Assembly (NCBI GenBank): GCA_951406725.2
Contig: OX597815.1
Location: 112,592,001 to 112,656,000, forward strand
From: Octopus vulgaris
Taxonomy: Eukaryota
Direction: 5' to 3'
DNA length: 64,000 nucleotides
Below the pieces are notes generated by a model, which did not search any database, was not told where the DNA came from, and saw only the letters and a list, made by a program, of their open reading frames with translations. The position numbers were made by a program, and so were the translations under genes. Positions 41,614 to 54,153 of the stretch are shown piece after piece. Positions within the stretch are counted from its first letter, which is position 1. The number at the start of each line of letters is the position of its first letter.

Positions 41614-42202
41614 TCACCAATAAGCTATTAATTCTACTTTACTTAGCAAGGTTGCTTCCTTCATGTTAGTTGACAAGTCGCTTCCAGTTATCAAGAAACT
41701 TGTTGGGATTCTTACAGAATACCGGATGACACATTTCTGGAGGTGGACAATGCGTGTCCCAATTGAAAGATCTTTCAGCTTCTTAGATAGCATTTTAGGT
41801 ATTGTGTCATGTGCATCAATTGCCACAGGGACACATCAATTTTGTGTAACACAATCATGTTTATATAAATCAATCTGGCTGGCTGTGTTCCTAATATTTC
41901 TCGGTTTTCTCAATTTCGCTAGTCTCCACTCTATTATTATTCTGTACAGCAATCACTGTTTAATCCTAGACTGTATGTTTTGTTTTGTTTAATTTTTTGT
42001 CCTCTTCAATCATATTTAGTCTCTTTGCTTCACCTTGCTTCAATTGTGTGGTCAGTCTTAATGGAATCCCATAAAATCCTCTAATTATCAGTCACTATCA
42101 CAGCTTCTGGCTCGTGTTCATGCCAATTTCCTGTCACTTTGAATTTTCACAATCACCGAACATCCCAATACGCACTTTTACCGAGATCATGCCTCTGCAT
42201 TC
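41614..42202 (-). mobile_element. Dong/R4 LINE 3' fragment
   Basis: RHDL..WHEHEPEAVI..RILWD..IKTDHTIEAR; IVHLQKCVIRYSVRI terminal motif. Confidence 0.8.
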
Positions 42203-42207
42203 ACTTC

Positions 42208-42247
42208 ATTATTATTATCATTATTATTTTTATTATTATTGTTGTCG

Positions 42248-42341
<94 letters not shown>

Positions 42342-42386
42342 CATCGTCATCATCATCATCGTCGTTGTTGTTGTTTTTATTAATGT

Positions 42387-42417
<31 letters not shown>

Positions 42418-42441
42418 GTGATAATAATAATAATAATGATG

Positions 42442-42519
<78 letters not shown>

Positions 42520-42540
42520 GCAACAGCAGCAATAATATTA
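42208..42540. repeat. (TTA)n followed by inverted (TAA)n
   Basis: Seen directly. Confidence 0.97.
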
Positions 42541-42574
42541 ATGCTTATCATTATCACTATTTTTTTTTATTATA

Positions 42575-43745
42575 TAACTCTTCGATATTTGGTAGACTGT
42601 GGCAAATTTCTACTGCATCAACTGCTACACCTCCGTGTTGCTGAAGTGTGTATTGGGAGTGTGAGAAGTCTTCCTGGTATTGTATTGTGTTAGCTTTTTT
42701 CCCTTGAGATGCGTTACTGTCTTTTGTTGTTTTACTGCTTGTATTGTGTGTTGAATGTGTAATGCTTGGGTTTTTTTCAGTTTGCCAGTGGGAGTTTGTT
42801 TCATTGGCTAACTGCTTTATAGAATGTCTTGTATTTGTGGGTTGTTTTTTTAGGTTGTATTGTTGTATTCATAATGTCTTGCGTAGGATGTGGGCTGTTC
42901 CTAGCAGGGCTATTTTTGAGGATCCAAGTATAGCTTCTACATTTTTGTTCATGTGATTTTTTTGTCATGCCCAATGCTCCAATTATTATTCGTATTGTTT
43001 TACCTTCATGCCCCACACTTTGAATACTTCAGTTTAGAGGTCTTTGTACTTCGACAATTTCTCAACTTCTTTTTTGACAATATTTTGATCACAAGGGACT
43101 GCAATGTCAATCAGTAAGCAGGTGTTTCTTTTCCAATCCTTAACTGTTATGTCTGAGCGATTAGCTTTTATTTCTTTGTTGGTTTGAACCAGCATATCGC
43201 AGATGAGTGTAGCCTGATTGTTGTCCTGTACATTGCTTGGCTCACGTTTCAGTTTTGATGTTGTAATGTCGGCATATTGTCCAGTAGATACAACTGCTTA
43301 CTTTGTCTTGTTCTTGTCTGTATACGTATTCAAACTTGGCAAGACTGGGCAGCCCGAGATAATGTGATCAACTGTATAATTGTGCCGTTTGCACATTCTA
43401 CATTTGGTGTTGAGACCTGCTTTCATAATTGTTTGTAGTGAAGCATGGGTCTTCTGCAACGAGGATCAGTGCTTCCATTTCGGCTTTTGAGACATCGTTG
43501 GCTCTTACTTAGGCTCATTTCCTCTCAGTCAAGCCTTGCAGCATATTGGCCATGAAGTGATTTTTCTCTCTTTTTCTTCTTCAGTATCTTTTGTAATACA
43601 ATTTTCCTATTTCTCTGGCCATTTCTGCTGTGCTGTCATCTGAGGTCAGTGTAGTTTGCTTCTGTTTTGTATTCTGTCGCTATCATGTGTATAGAGAAAA
43701 GCGTTTTCTTTTTCTCCTGTTGCTTTACTACATGCAGAAGGCTTC
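42575..43745 (-). mobile_element. Dong/R4 LINE 3' fragment
   Basis: KCRMCK..DHIISGCPVLP, IKANRSDITVKDWKRNTCLLIDIAVPCDQNI, IIIGALGM. Confidence 0.88.
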
Positions 43746-43781
43746 CCCTTTTTTACTATAATAATAATAATAATAATAATA

Positions 43782-43855
<74 letters not shown>

Positions 43856-43861
43856 TATTAC

Positions 43862-44772
43862 TTTTTTTTTCTTCTTTCAAATTTGCTTCTATTTCTTGCC
43901 GAGTGTCTTCCCGACTCCTAGGGCAAAGAAACTCATAGTATACATTGGTAGGCCATTAAACCAAACTCAGTAGTTCGTTCATTTTTTTTTTTTTTTTTTT
44001 TAAGTTAAATTAAAATACATGAGCAGCAACAGTTCTCACATCGACAATGCTCTTCTCAATACGTGTGATGTACCAGTTAAGACAATCTTTTGCACTTCTT
44101 GCAGGGATGGTAAGCCAGGGATCATTCTCATATAATTTTCGGTTCCCTTCTTGATCATTCCTAGTGCTCCTACGATCACTGGTATTGTAACCGCCTTGAG
44201 ATGCCACATTTTCTCAATTTCAATGAGTAGGTCTTTATATTTTCTGAGCTTGTCAAACTCTTTTGCTGAGATATTATGATCACAGGGGATGCTCATGTCG
44301 ATCAATAAGCAAACTTTATTGTTTTGGTCTTTCACAACAATATCTGGTTTATTGGCCTTGATGGTTCGGTCTGTATGTACTGGAAAGTCCCACAGAATCG
44401 TTACATTTTCTCCTTCAGTTATAGCCTCAGGGTGGTGATTATACCACTTGTCGGCAGTTTTATTGGCCATCTCTGTCATGTCTTAATTTATACTCCACTG
44501 GTGCTAAGACTTTACATCCAGAGATTAGGTGGTCCACTGTTTCAATCATGTCGTTGCAGAATCGGCATTTTGGGTCTGCTCCATTTTTCATCACATTGGC
44601 CTGGTAGTTCCGGGTTAATAGGCTTTGATCTTGAGCAGCCAGGATGAAACCTTCGCTCTCTGCTTTTAGCCCTGAGCTCCGTAGCCACTGATGGGTTTGC
44701 TTCTGGTCAACATCAGCTTGTTTGCTGCGGGTCACATATTTGCCGTGCAGAGGTTTCTCCTCCCACCTATCA
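43862..44772 (-). mobile_element. Well-preserved 5'-truncated Dong/R4 LINE between (TTA)n arrays
   Basis: ORF C-terminus plus 3' UTR and A-rich end; flanked by ATA/TTA repeats 43759-43860 and (TTA)n 44773-44943. Confidence 0.93.
44036..44772 (-). pseudogene. R4/Dong ORF C-terminus: CCHC knuckle and PD-(D/E)xK restriction-like endonuclease
   Basis: KPLHGKY..AAQDQSL..CRFC..ETVDHLISGC..RHD; ILWDF..KPDIVV..LIDMSIP..KLRKYKDL..PVIVGALG; one frameshifting deletion near 44465. Confidence 0.92.
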
Positions 44773-44850
<78 letters not shown>

Positions 44851-44860
44851 ATTATTATTG

Positions 44861-44936
<76 letters not shown>

Positions 44937-44943
44937 TATTATT

Positions 44944-45496
44944 GAGTGAGAGAGCAGTGCATGTCATCAAAGTGACACTGGGTTAAAATATACGAAGCCC
45001 ACTATATCTACTATGACTATCTTTTTGATAAGGATGCACCAGGCACATGCATCACAACCATATGTGCGCAACATGGTGATCTCATATCAAGATAAACAGT
45101 ATATGGCCTTGCAGGTGGGACCCAGTTAGAATTTTCTTCAGGTCAAGTAGCCCATCCCGCTCAAAAGGTCTCTGAATAAGGGTTGTTTAAAAACGTTGAA
45201 CGAAACACCCACGTTTTTAGAGATGAATTATCCTAACCCCAAACAATTCCTCTCAAAATATGGCTATGATCTCCTGCACTACTTCTGCTCGTGATCAGAG
45301 ATGCACATATCGTCAGCCACCAAGGGACATGCTCAACTGTTTAATATGAAACAAATGACAAGCAAATATGTGGTATTGACCAGAATATTTGCTGCAGCCC
45401 ATCTTTTATACCAAGACAAAACAATGTACATAAGACTTCCAATCAGTTAAGATCAGAAGCTAAGAGGAGAATCACTGCCTGGTATGCATTAGGGCA

Positions 45497-45497
<1 letters not shown>
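44944..45497 (-). mobile_element. ~550-bp non-coding interspersed element, copy 1
   Basis: Colinear with copy 2; bounded by (TTA)n on both sides; strand inferred. Confidence 0.8.
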
Positions 45498-45556
<59 letters not shown>

Positions 45557-46106
45557 GAGTGAGAGAGCAGTGCATGCCATCAAAGTGACACTGGGATAAA
45601 ATTTACAAAGCCCAGTATACCCATCATGACTACCTGTCTGATAAGGGTACACCAGGCACATGCATCACAACCATATGTGTGCGACATGGTGATCTAATGT
45701 CAAGATAAACAGCACATGACCTTGCAGGTGGGGCCTACTTAGAATTTTTTTCAGGTCGAGTAACCCATCCTGCTCAAAAGGTCCCTGAATAAGGGTTGTT
45801 TAAGGATGTTGAACAAAACACCCATGTTTCCAAAGGTGAATTATTCAAACCCCAAAGAATCCCTCTCAACACATGACTATGATGCTCCCCCGCTACTTCT
45901 GCCCATGATCAGAGATGCACATATCGTCAGCCACTAAGTGACATGCTCAACTGGTTACGGTCAAACAACTGACAAGCAAATCTGTAGTATTGAGCAGAAT
46001 ATTTGCTGTAGCCCATCTTTTATACCAAGACAAAACAATGTACATGATAACACTTCCGATCAGTTAAGATCAGAAGCCATGAGAGCCACTGCCTGGTACT
46101 GCATCA
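45557..46106 (-). mobile_element. ~550-bp non-coding interspersed element, copy 2
   Basis: gagtgagagagcagtgcatg..cactgcctggtactgcatca; bounded by (TTA)n; strand inferred. Confidence 0.8.
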
Positions 46107-46146
46107 TATTATTATTATTATTATTATTATATTATTATTATTATTA

Positions 46147-46187
<41 letters not shown>

Positions 46188-46203
46188 ATTATTATTATTA
46201 TTA

Positions 46204-46258
<55 letters not shown>

Positions 46259-46373
46259 CATCACCATCATCGTTTCTGCTTTTCTCCCTTGATTTTGAGC
46301 TATTGTTGATTTATACTTAGGCTCACTTCCATTCTATTTTTGATGTTGTTGTTGTTATTGTTGTTGTTGTTGT

Positions 46374-46438
<65 letters not shown>

Positions 46439-46490
46439 GTGACGGTGATGATGATGATGATGATGACGATGACGATAATGATGATGTTGA
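46107..46490. repeat. (TTA)n 46107-46270 and (GTT)n/(GAT)n 46345-46490
   Basis: Seen directly. Confidence 0.96.
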
Positions 46491-46989
46491 TATTGCTATC
46501 GATGTCGTGACACTGAAAATATAAACGTTGCATTTGGTCGTGTACATTCCCATTAAATATATGTATGGAAGTTCTCAATTGTCTAATGAGTGTCTGTTTA
46601 ATTAACTTACTAAATCTTTTGTTGATTTTAAAGTCAAGCGCTAAAGAATACCATAAAGGTTAAGAAGACACGTTTCACAAAATCGAGTGTAAATATTCTT
46701 ATTGCTGATTCTTTTTGTGTCAGTGTTTAAGTGTGTATGTGCGCATATGGATATGTCTATGAGTGATTATATGTACTAGATGGATTATCACTGGCCATAT
46801 GTCATTTTCATCGGAATATGAATCTTTTACATTGATGAAAGAGTACAAATATATTGGAAGAGATTCAATGAATTCACTAGGAGTCATGCATCGTGTTTGC
46901 TATTATATAATGCACACATTTTACTTAGAAAATGTTTGTGAAATTTATTTAGAAAGTAGATAGTCCATATTGCAATATTGTTAGTAAGA

Positions 46990-47510
46990 TTACGGTGGCG
47001 AATGGCAGAATCTTAAGCATTTTGTCCGACTTTACGTTCTAAGTTCAAATCCACCAGACTGTACTTCTACACGAAAAGCGCATTCACAGAAATGCGCTGT
47101 TCCCGGCATGAGATTATATGTTTTAGTTTACTATATATATATTTAATGAGTTCAGCTGCTGCCGGGGTCAACTTTGGCTTTCATCATTTCAAGGTTGATG
47201 AAATGAATACCAGTTGAGAACTTCAGTCGATGTAATCCACTTACACCCTCCTCCAAAGCTGTTGGCTTTGTGCCAAAATTTAAAACCAATATTATCAGCA
47301 GAATCATTAATAACCCGGACAAATTGCTGAGTGGCATTCCGTCCGCCTTTACGTTCTGAGTTCAAATTCTGCCGAAGTCAATTTCACCTTTTATTTTTCT
47401 TTTCGGGGTCGATAAAATAAGAACCAGTTGAGTAATGGGGGGTCAATTTAATCGACTGACTCCTTCCTCAAAACTGCTGGCCCTGTACCAAAATTTGAAA
47501 CCAGTATTAT
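46990..47510 (+). mobile_element. Cluster of SINE family A fragments
   Basis: Pieces at ~46990-47055, 47148-47292 and 47308-47510. Confidence 0.8.
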
Positions 47511-47519
47511 TGATAAAAT

Positions 47520-47960
47520 TGTAAAAGAAACTGTCTGCTAATATAAACAGTTACAAATTAGAGATGGATATCTAAAGAGTACCTGCAGAGCTGCAGGTAT
47601 ATGCTTTGTCAACTGAGTTCTGGAGGTACAAAAGCAAGTAAAACTGAACCTTTAGCACAGAGAAAAGCTAGATTGGCAGTCATACCTAAAGAACTTACCA
47701 GACAATTACGACCTACAGAATTTTCGTTAAACAAACGCTTCAAAGACTTTATACATGAGAAATGGAATGCATAGATGAATGTCACAACTCGGCATAAGTG
47801 TACAAATATTTGCCATATCAAAAGACACAGTGTTGCCAAAGTGTAAGTAAAAATTGTCATCAAATCTTTCAAGAAGTATTAGTGCTAGTCATGGTATTAG
47901 ACTAGCATAGAATATAAAGGGAATTATGAAGAAACTAAGATCAGTTCTGAATAATTTGAT
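47520..47960 (+). mobile_element. pogo/Tigger-type DDE transposase remnant
   Basis: LAVIPKELTRQLRPTEFSLNKRFKDFIHEKWNA*M, cf. LAVIPGGLTSQLQPLDVSLNKPFK..W..WM; then IVIKSFKK. Confidence 0.75.
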
Positions 47961-48077
47961 ATGTTTGAAAATAGCAGTGAAAAAGAACTTGAAGATTCCA
48001 AGCAGGCATCAGGAAAGATCTAATTCAAGCTTCGAAGATAACAGGCATCATAAATTTCCCAACAATACGGAAACCCA

Positions 48078-48089
48078 AAGAAGCCCGTC

Positions 48090-48157
<68 letters not shown>

Positions 48158-48428
48158 GTATGTATGTGTGTACGTGTGTGTATATGTGTGTGTGTGTGCT
48201 TGTGTGTGTGCGCGTGGGTGTCTTTGTGTCTGTGTTTATCCCCTATCACTGATTGACAACCGGTATTAGTTTGTTTACATCCTTCTAACTTAGTGATTTA
48301 GCAAAAGTGACCGATAGAGTACGTACCAGGTTTTCAAAAAAGTAAGTGCTGGGGTCAACATATTCGACTAATATTTCAAGGCGGTACCCAGCATGATCGC
48401 AGTTAAATGACGGAAACAAGTAAAAGAT
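48078..48428 (+). mobile_element. SINE family B 3' two-thirds
   Basis: aaagaagcccgtc, (TA)n/(TG)n, ttgacaaccg..aaacaagtaaaaga. Confidence 0.85.
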
Positions 48429-48766
48429 ATCAAAATAATCATTTCACTTGGGTTTTCATGTTTTTAATACGTATCTTCGATTAAAAAAACACCTTTTCTT
48501 TAAACGGAAGAAATTAATTCCTTCGATTCAAATATAATTTCTCTTCTGTTTTTTCAAATTTGCTCAGATATTTGGGAGACGTCTTAAACCTGAGTGAATG
48601 TGATGTTTTAAATATATTATACAACGGGTTCTTATGTTACCCACTCCGAAGGAAAAAAGAAATACAATGTTGTTTCGGGTGAGATTCGAAATCAAAACAT
48701 GAATATATTTAACTATCTGAAGACAGTACTCTCCCTTAGAGAGACTTAGTAATTTTAATATTTCTA

Positions 48767-49091
48767 TTATTGAAAACAAGTGGGTGTATTCCACTGTAAC
48801 TAGGTAAATAAAATCTTCGAATAGACGGTCAGTAGCGACACCTGCTGGTTCTGACTACGCTGCATTGATAAAGGGCAACAACCCTGAAACATGTCTGCAG
48901 ATGTCTGACTAGCAAGGTGAAGCGGCTGACCTCCCCTGTTCGAAGGTTGTAATGGACGAATGTTAGTGTGTCATATAGCTAGCTAGAGGCTGTGGCCTCT
49001 TGGAGCTAATCAGCGACAGCTTTAGTCTTATATTTATAGACTGCCATATTAGTATGGCGATAACTATTAATATCCAGTAACGCTGCCGTAA
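48767..49091 (+). mobile_element. 325-bp hammerhead-containing insert between 37-bp direct repeats (retrozyme/PLE-like)
   Basis: tctccYttagagagacttagtaattttaatatttcta at 48730-48766 and 49092-49128 (36/37 identical). Confidence 0.7.
48860..48900 (+). ncRNA. Minimal type-I hammerhead ribozyme, U3-A8 variant
   Basis: CUGCA-UUGAUAA-AGGG(caacaa)CCCU-GAAA-CAUG-UC-UGCAG: perfect 5-bp stem I, 4-bp stem II, palindromic stem III, GUC cleavage triplet. Confidence 0.85.
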
Positions 49092-49559
49092 TCTCCTTTA
49101 GAGAGACTTAGTAATTTTAATATTTCTAATATCTGAAGACAGTTTGTCGTTACTTTCTGCTTTCTAACACTCATTTCCCTACTATTGAAATTTCGACCGT
49201 AGTATTGAAAGTTATGTACTTTGTCAATCTTAGGCAAAGCTGGCACCCACAAGAATTACTCAAAAAATGGAGGAAGTTGATTAAATATTGCACGACATTC
49301 TGTTTTCCACTCCATCAAGTTTTATACTATTTCAACACAGATTTTAAAACAACGTATTTTATGTTAGCAACTCCACTTAACTTTCAATTTCTATTCATAG
49401 TTACTCACCTGCAAAACGTATTGCTTCCGCTCCATTGACACACCAATTCTCACACTGCATTATGTACGCACAATCTTCTTAACGTTAAGTACTTCGAGGT
49501 ATTCTTTTCATGCATCAACATGCGCGAAATATGTAAAAAATATAGTTCGAGAAAAATTA

Positions 49560-50050
49560 TGACAAACTTACAATATGTTGCCAAAGTAATTTTGGGTGGC
49601 ACTAACGAATTGTGTAGGACGGTGGATGTTTCTAGCAGGATTATTTTGGGGATTATAATGTGTTGTGTTGTATTTTCAGATATAACTTTTATGTTTTTTA
49701 CTCGTACGTTTTTTTTTTTACCATATCCAATGCTCCAGTTATTACTGCTATTGTTTTCACCTTAATGATCCGCATCTTGAATACTTCAGTTTCGAAATCG
49801 TATTTTTTTCTTCATAATTTCTCCACTTTTTTTTGATAATATATTAGCCAGAAGAGAATATATATTGGCCAAATAATAAACACTTTAAACTAACAATCCA
49901 TCGAGACTAAAAAGGAATTTTTACAATTGGTGTGATAATGGAAGATCTTAAATAGAAATAGTAATGGAAATCATCTGGTTTAATTCATCCAAAACGTTCT
50001 GGAGAGAATATTTATACAAATATTGCCCACTGATAAATTGGTGGTATTGT
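49560..50050 (-). mobile_element. Highly decayed Dong/R4 3' fragment
   Basis: Minus-strand EKL*RKKYDFETEVFK..NWSIGY pattern, colinear with 42880-43100. Confidence 0.55.
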
Positions 50051-50344
50051 AGATCATACATATTCACACTGACGTAAACCTAAAGTAAACGCTGCTTATG
50101 TTATTTGCAAATACAATTTTAAAAAGAGTGGTAAGATATCACTCACCAACGGAAATAAGTAACACTACCTATAATTTAAGATAACGAGTTTGAAAATGTT
50201 GGCTGGGCGGAGAGTGTAAATTCACATTTTATACAAACAAATGTATAAATATCATTCGCATAGATTAAATAGAAAAGTATCAACACTAAAGTATAAAGAG
50301 TTGTTATATTTGCTTACTAAAACATATTACAGTAATAACATTAT

Positions 50345-50993
50345 TCTTTTCTACTCTTGGTACAAGGCCCGAAATTTTGGAGGGAGTGGGGCCAGTCTAT
50401 TAGATCGACCCGAGTACGCAACTGGCACCTAATTTATCGACCCCCAAAGGATGAAAGGCACAGTCGACCTCAGGGGAATTGGAAATCAGAACGTAAACAC
50501 AGACGAAATACCGCTAAGCAGTTCGCCCGGCGTGCTAAAGTTTCTGCCAGCTCACCGCCTTATGTTTTCTACTTTAAGCACAAGACCCTCAGTTTTGGGG
50601 GAGAGGCCAGTCGATTAAATCGACCCCAGTACGCAACTGGTACCTAATTTATCGACCCCGAATGAATGAAAGCCAAAGGTGATCTCAGCGGAATTTTAAC
50701 TCAGAACGTAACGGCAGACGAAATACCGCTAAGCATTTTGCTCAGAGTACTAATGTTTCTTATTTTTTTACTGCCCATATGGGGCTGCACACAGAGGGGA
50801 TAAACAAGGACAGACAAACGGATTAAGTGGATTATATCGACCCCAGTGCGTAACTGGTACTTATTTAATCGACCCCTAAAGGATGAAAGGCAAAGTCGAC
50901 CTCGGCGGAATTTGAACTCAGAACGTAACGGCAGACGAAATACTGCTAAGCATTTTGCCCGGCGCGCTAACGTTTCTGCCAGCTCGCCGCCTT
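50345..50993 (-). mobile_element. Head-to-tail array of three SINE family A units
   Basis: Repeated cagaacgta..gacgaaatac.gctaagca at ~50490, 50705 and 50920. Confidence 0.9.
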
Positions 50994-51709
50994 CAGTAAT
51001 AACATTATTACCATTGTAATAATAATGATTTATAGTGACTAGATAGACACAGATATATAAATGCAAAAATACGTCCAACATAACTTGTCGTATATTATTT
51101 TTATTGCCACTCAAGGTTTGTTGACTTTGGCTTGGTTTGAATTAGAACAGTAAATTTGTGATGTAGATATGTGTTGTAAAAGCTGAAGACAGTCTTGTTC
51201 GAGTAGATCTGAAATCAAAGCTATCCCGTGCTAGACTGTCATTTCACTGTTCAATTGTAGTGTATAGTTGGTGACAATATTCAGCGAGTTCTTTCTTGTT
51301 GCTCTTGTTGTTCTTGTTCTTGTTGTTGTTGCTCACTGAGCAAGCTTGTAACCAAATGCATTACAGATGTGGCTAAACTATTTAGTTCCAGTTAACTAAG
51401 GCTGCATTATCCGCGCCGTCCACTTGCTGAAGATGGTAGTATATGATGTGAGAGAGAGTTCGATGTTATTTTTCACAAACTAGGCGACTACAAAGCGGTT
51501 CTGCTGTTCGTTTGATGATAATTTATGAGATGTATTATTCATTACTTTTGGAGGGTTTTATTTTATTTTTTTTAAATAGGCACTTGACCAGCCATTCTTA
51601 CGTTGCTGTATTGTTATTTGAAAGGTGTGTATTATTTGATGCTGTTGCATAGACCTAGCATTAACGAAGCTAAAAAGTATAGGTTCCAGCAGTTTTTGTT
51701 CTTGAAAAT

Positions 51710-51793
51710 GAAGAAGAAGAAGAAGAAGAAGAAGAAGAAGAAGAAGAAGAAGAAGAAGAAGAAGAAGAAGAAGAAGAAGAAGAAGAAGAAGAA
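51710..51793. repeat. (GAA)n microsatellite
   Basis: Seen directly. Confidence 0.98.
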
Positions 51794-53584
51794 AAGGACC
51801 AAATGATGATGATGTGGAGGAGGAGAATATATAGGCATAAGTCAATTCCTGATGAGTAAAAGGCAATCTTTCAGTGACTTTTCCACATACTGTATTCCAG
51901 GGTCTTAATTGTTCAATGTGTTGTTCTCAGCTAAAAACTGTAGAATGGGATTTGAGGTCGATTTGGCTACAATTCTAGCAGTTTAGGAAACTAATTAGTT
52001 CTCTTGTTGACACATTCATAATTATGTTGATTTAGGAGATAGTGTGTTTTTGGATAATGATACAAAGAAGTGGGGATATTCATGATCAGGTATTTGTGGA
52101 GGTCGTGGTGGTGGTGGTGGTTGTGATGCTCATGGTGATATGGTGATGGTGGTGGTGTTATTGGTGTTATTGGTGTTTACGATGGAGGTGGAGATGGCAG
52201 TGGAGTTGTCGGGGTGGAGGGCAGCAGGAGCAGCGATTCTGGCGATAATTGTTGTGACGGTTATGGTGGTGGTTTTGGCGTCCGTGGCGGCCGTGGGAGT
52301 GGTACCGGTATTTCTGAAGATGATGATGATGATGATGATGATCAATGCCAGAAAATCAGTAATGACTTTGCATTTGAATTGAAGATTACTCGTTCCGAAA
52401 TCAGTAATGTATTCAGTGATGTGTGAGTGTGGGCAAATGTGTAGAGAGCAGATTTTGAAGAGGAAGAAAAAAAAAAATAAACAGAAAATAATCAAAACAA
52501 AAATTTGTTTGCGAAGAAGATGAAGAAAGTAATCCACCCTACCACCAAATAATACTCTGACTTCAACTTGCTTCTTTTACATTAGCATGTTCAAAATATT
52601 AAATGGTAAACGAATCAATGCAACAACGTAGCTTGCAGTGCAAGAGATTCTGAATGAATCTATCGACTTTTTTCAACTGTTTTATCGGGGAGAAATTGTA
52701 AAATATTTGCGCAGACATTTGTCGATAAATAATGTGTAAATAATAGTGTAAAATTCAACCATGTTTTGATTCTGTATTCATATGCACATAGAAGCATACA
52801 CATGTGTCCGTGTGTGTGTGCGGGTGTCTGAGTAGTATGTGTGCGCGTATTACATGCGAGTGTTCACATCATATATGCTTACGTATGTGTCATATAATGA
52901 TTTTTTTTTTCTTTTTAGAAATATGACAATTTATTTTTAAATATTTTTTACAAAGTTTTCACATGTTCAAGTTTTATATTTTTACCTTAAATGTATTATA
53001 TTATCTTATTGAAAGCCACACAACTAACGTTCCCAAAATGTCAGTGTTTTGAGAGTTTCGTACTCATTATTCAAGTCTGTTGTTAAAATTGCTGCTTCAA
53101 TATTTGAATAGTCCATTGTTTCGAAAGTGTTCTAACTGTCAATCATATGTGGCTGAAGAATTTATAGACTTCGTCATTATATTTTACTAGTTTGTTATAA
53201 ATTTTCTTTGACGTTTTACGTCTTTGAGAACATATTATGTTATTGAAATCTAGTTTCTACACATTGATTTTTCATTGCAAGTCTGTGTTTTTATGGAGGA
53301 TGTTTGTATACGTTACGTTCTTTAACAAAGATAAAGATAACTTGGAAATATTCCAACATAGCCAAAATCAGAAAGACTGGAATAAACTTAAAGGAGAAAA
53401 AGGTAAAATGTATCAGGGCTGATTCTGAGAATGCTCATGGTTTAACATTTTGGGAATAAACGACCATATATATATTGTGAGTGATATATTGAAGGAGACA
53501 TTACGAATAAAGAAAAAACAGGAAAACAGAACATATTTTGTACGAATAATCAAAGTAGGTAATATACATGCAATAAGCATATAG

Positions 53585-53912
53585 TGTGAAGTCGCGTGGC
53601 TCAGTGGTTAAAGCTTACGATTGTGAGGTTATCGGTTCAAATCCCAGACCGGGCTGAGTGCTGTGTTATTGAGCAAGACACTTTATTTCATGTTGCTTCA
53701 GTTCACTCAGCTGTAGAAATGAGTTGCGACGTCACAGTGTCAAGCTGTATCGGCCTTTGCCTTTCCCTTGGATAACACTGGTGGCGTAGAGAGGGGAGGC
53801 TGGCATGCCTGGGTGACTGCTGGTCTTCCATAAACAACCTTGCCCGGACTTCAGCCTGGGAGAGTAACTTTCTAGGTGCAATCCCATTGTCAGTCATGAC
53901 CAAAGGGGGTCT
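53585..53912 (+). mobile_element. tRNA-derived SINE family C, full length
   Basis: A box TGGCTCAGTGG, B box GGTTCAAATCC, ttgagcaagacacttt core, ends aagggggtct. Confidence 0.9.
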
Positions 53913-54153
53913 CAGCAGCAGCAAGCATATAATGTGTCTAATTTTGTCTCTCTACGAAAATACGATATGTTCTGAAGTACACACACACACATACATACAT
54001 GTAGTGGTTTAATAAATTATGTGATTGGGTATTATCTGGTAGTTGATCATTGATTAAGATGTGTTTCTCCATTTTCTTATTTTGTATATATATATATGTA
54101 AGATGCTGATGGTGATGATGATGATGATGATGATGATGATCATCATCATCATC

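Noticed and set aside
51848-51890. Isolated CTGATGA box (also 55830 minus)
   Set aside because: No stem II, GAAA or stem I in register
52130-52537. T/A-rich or G/D-rich ORFs
   Set aside because: Degenerate GGT/GAT low-complexity sequence with no domain or convincing splice context
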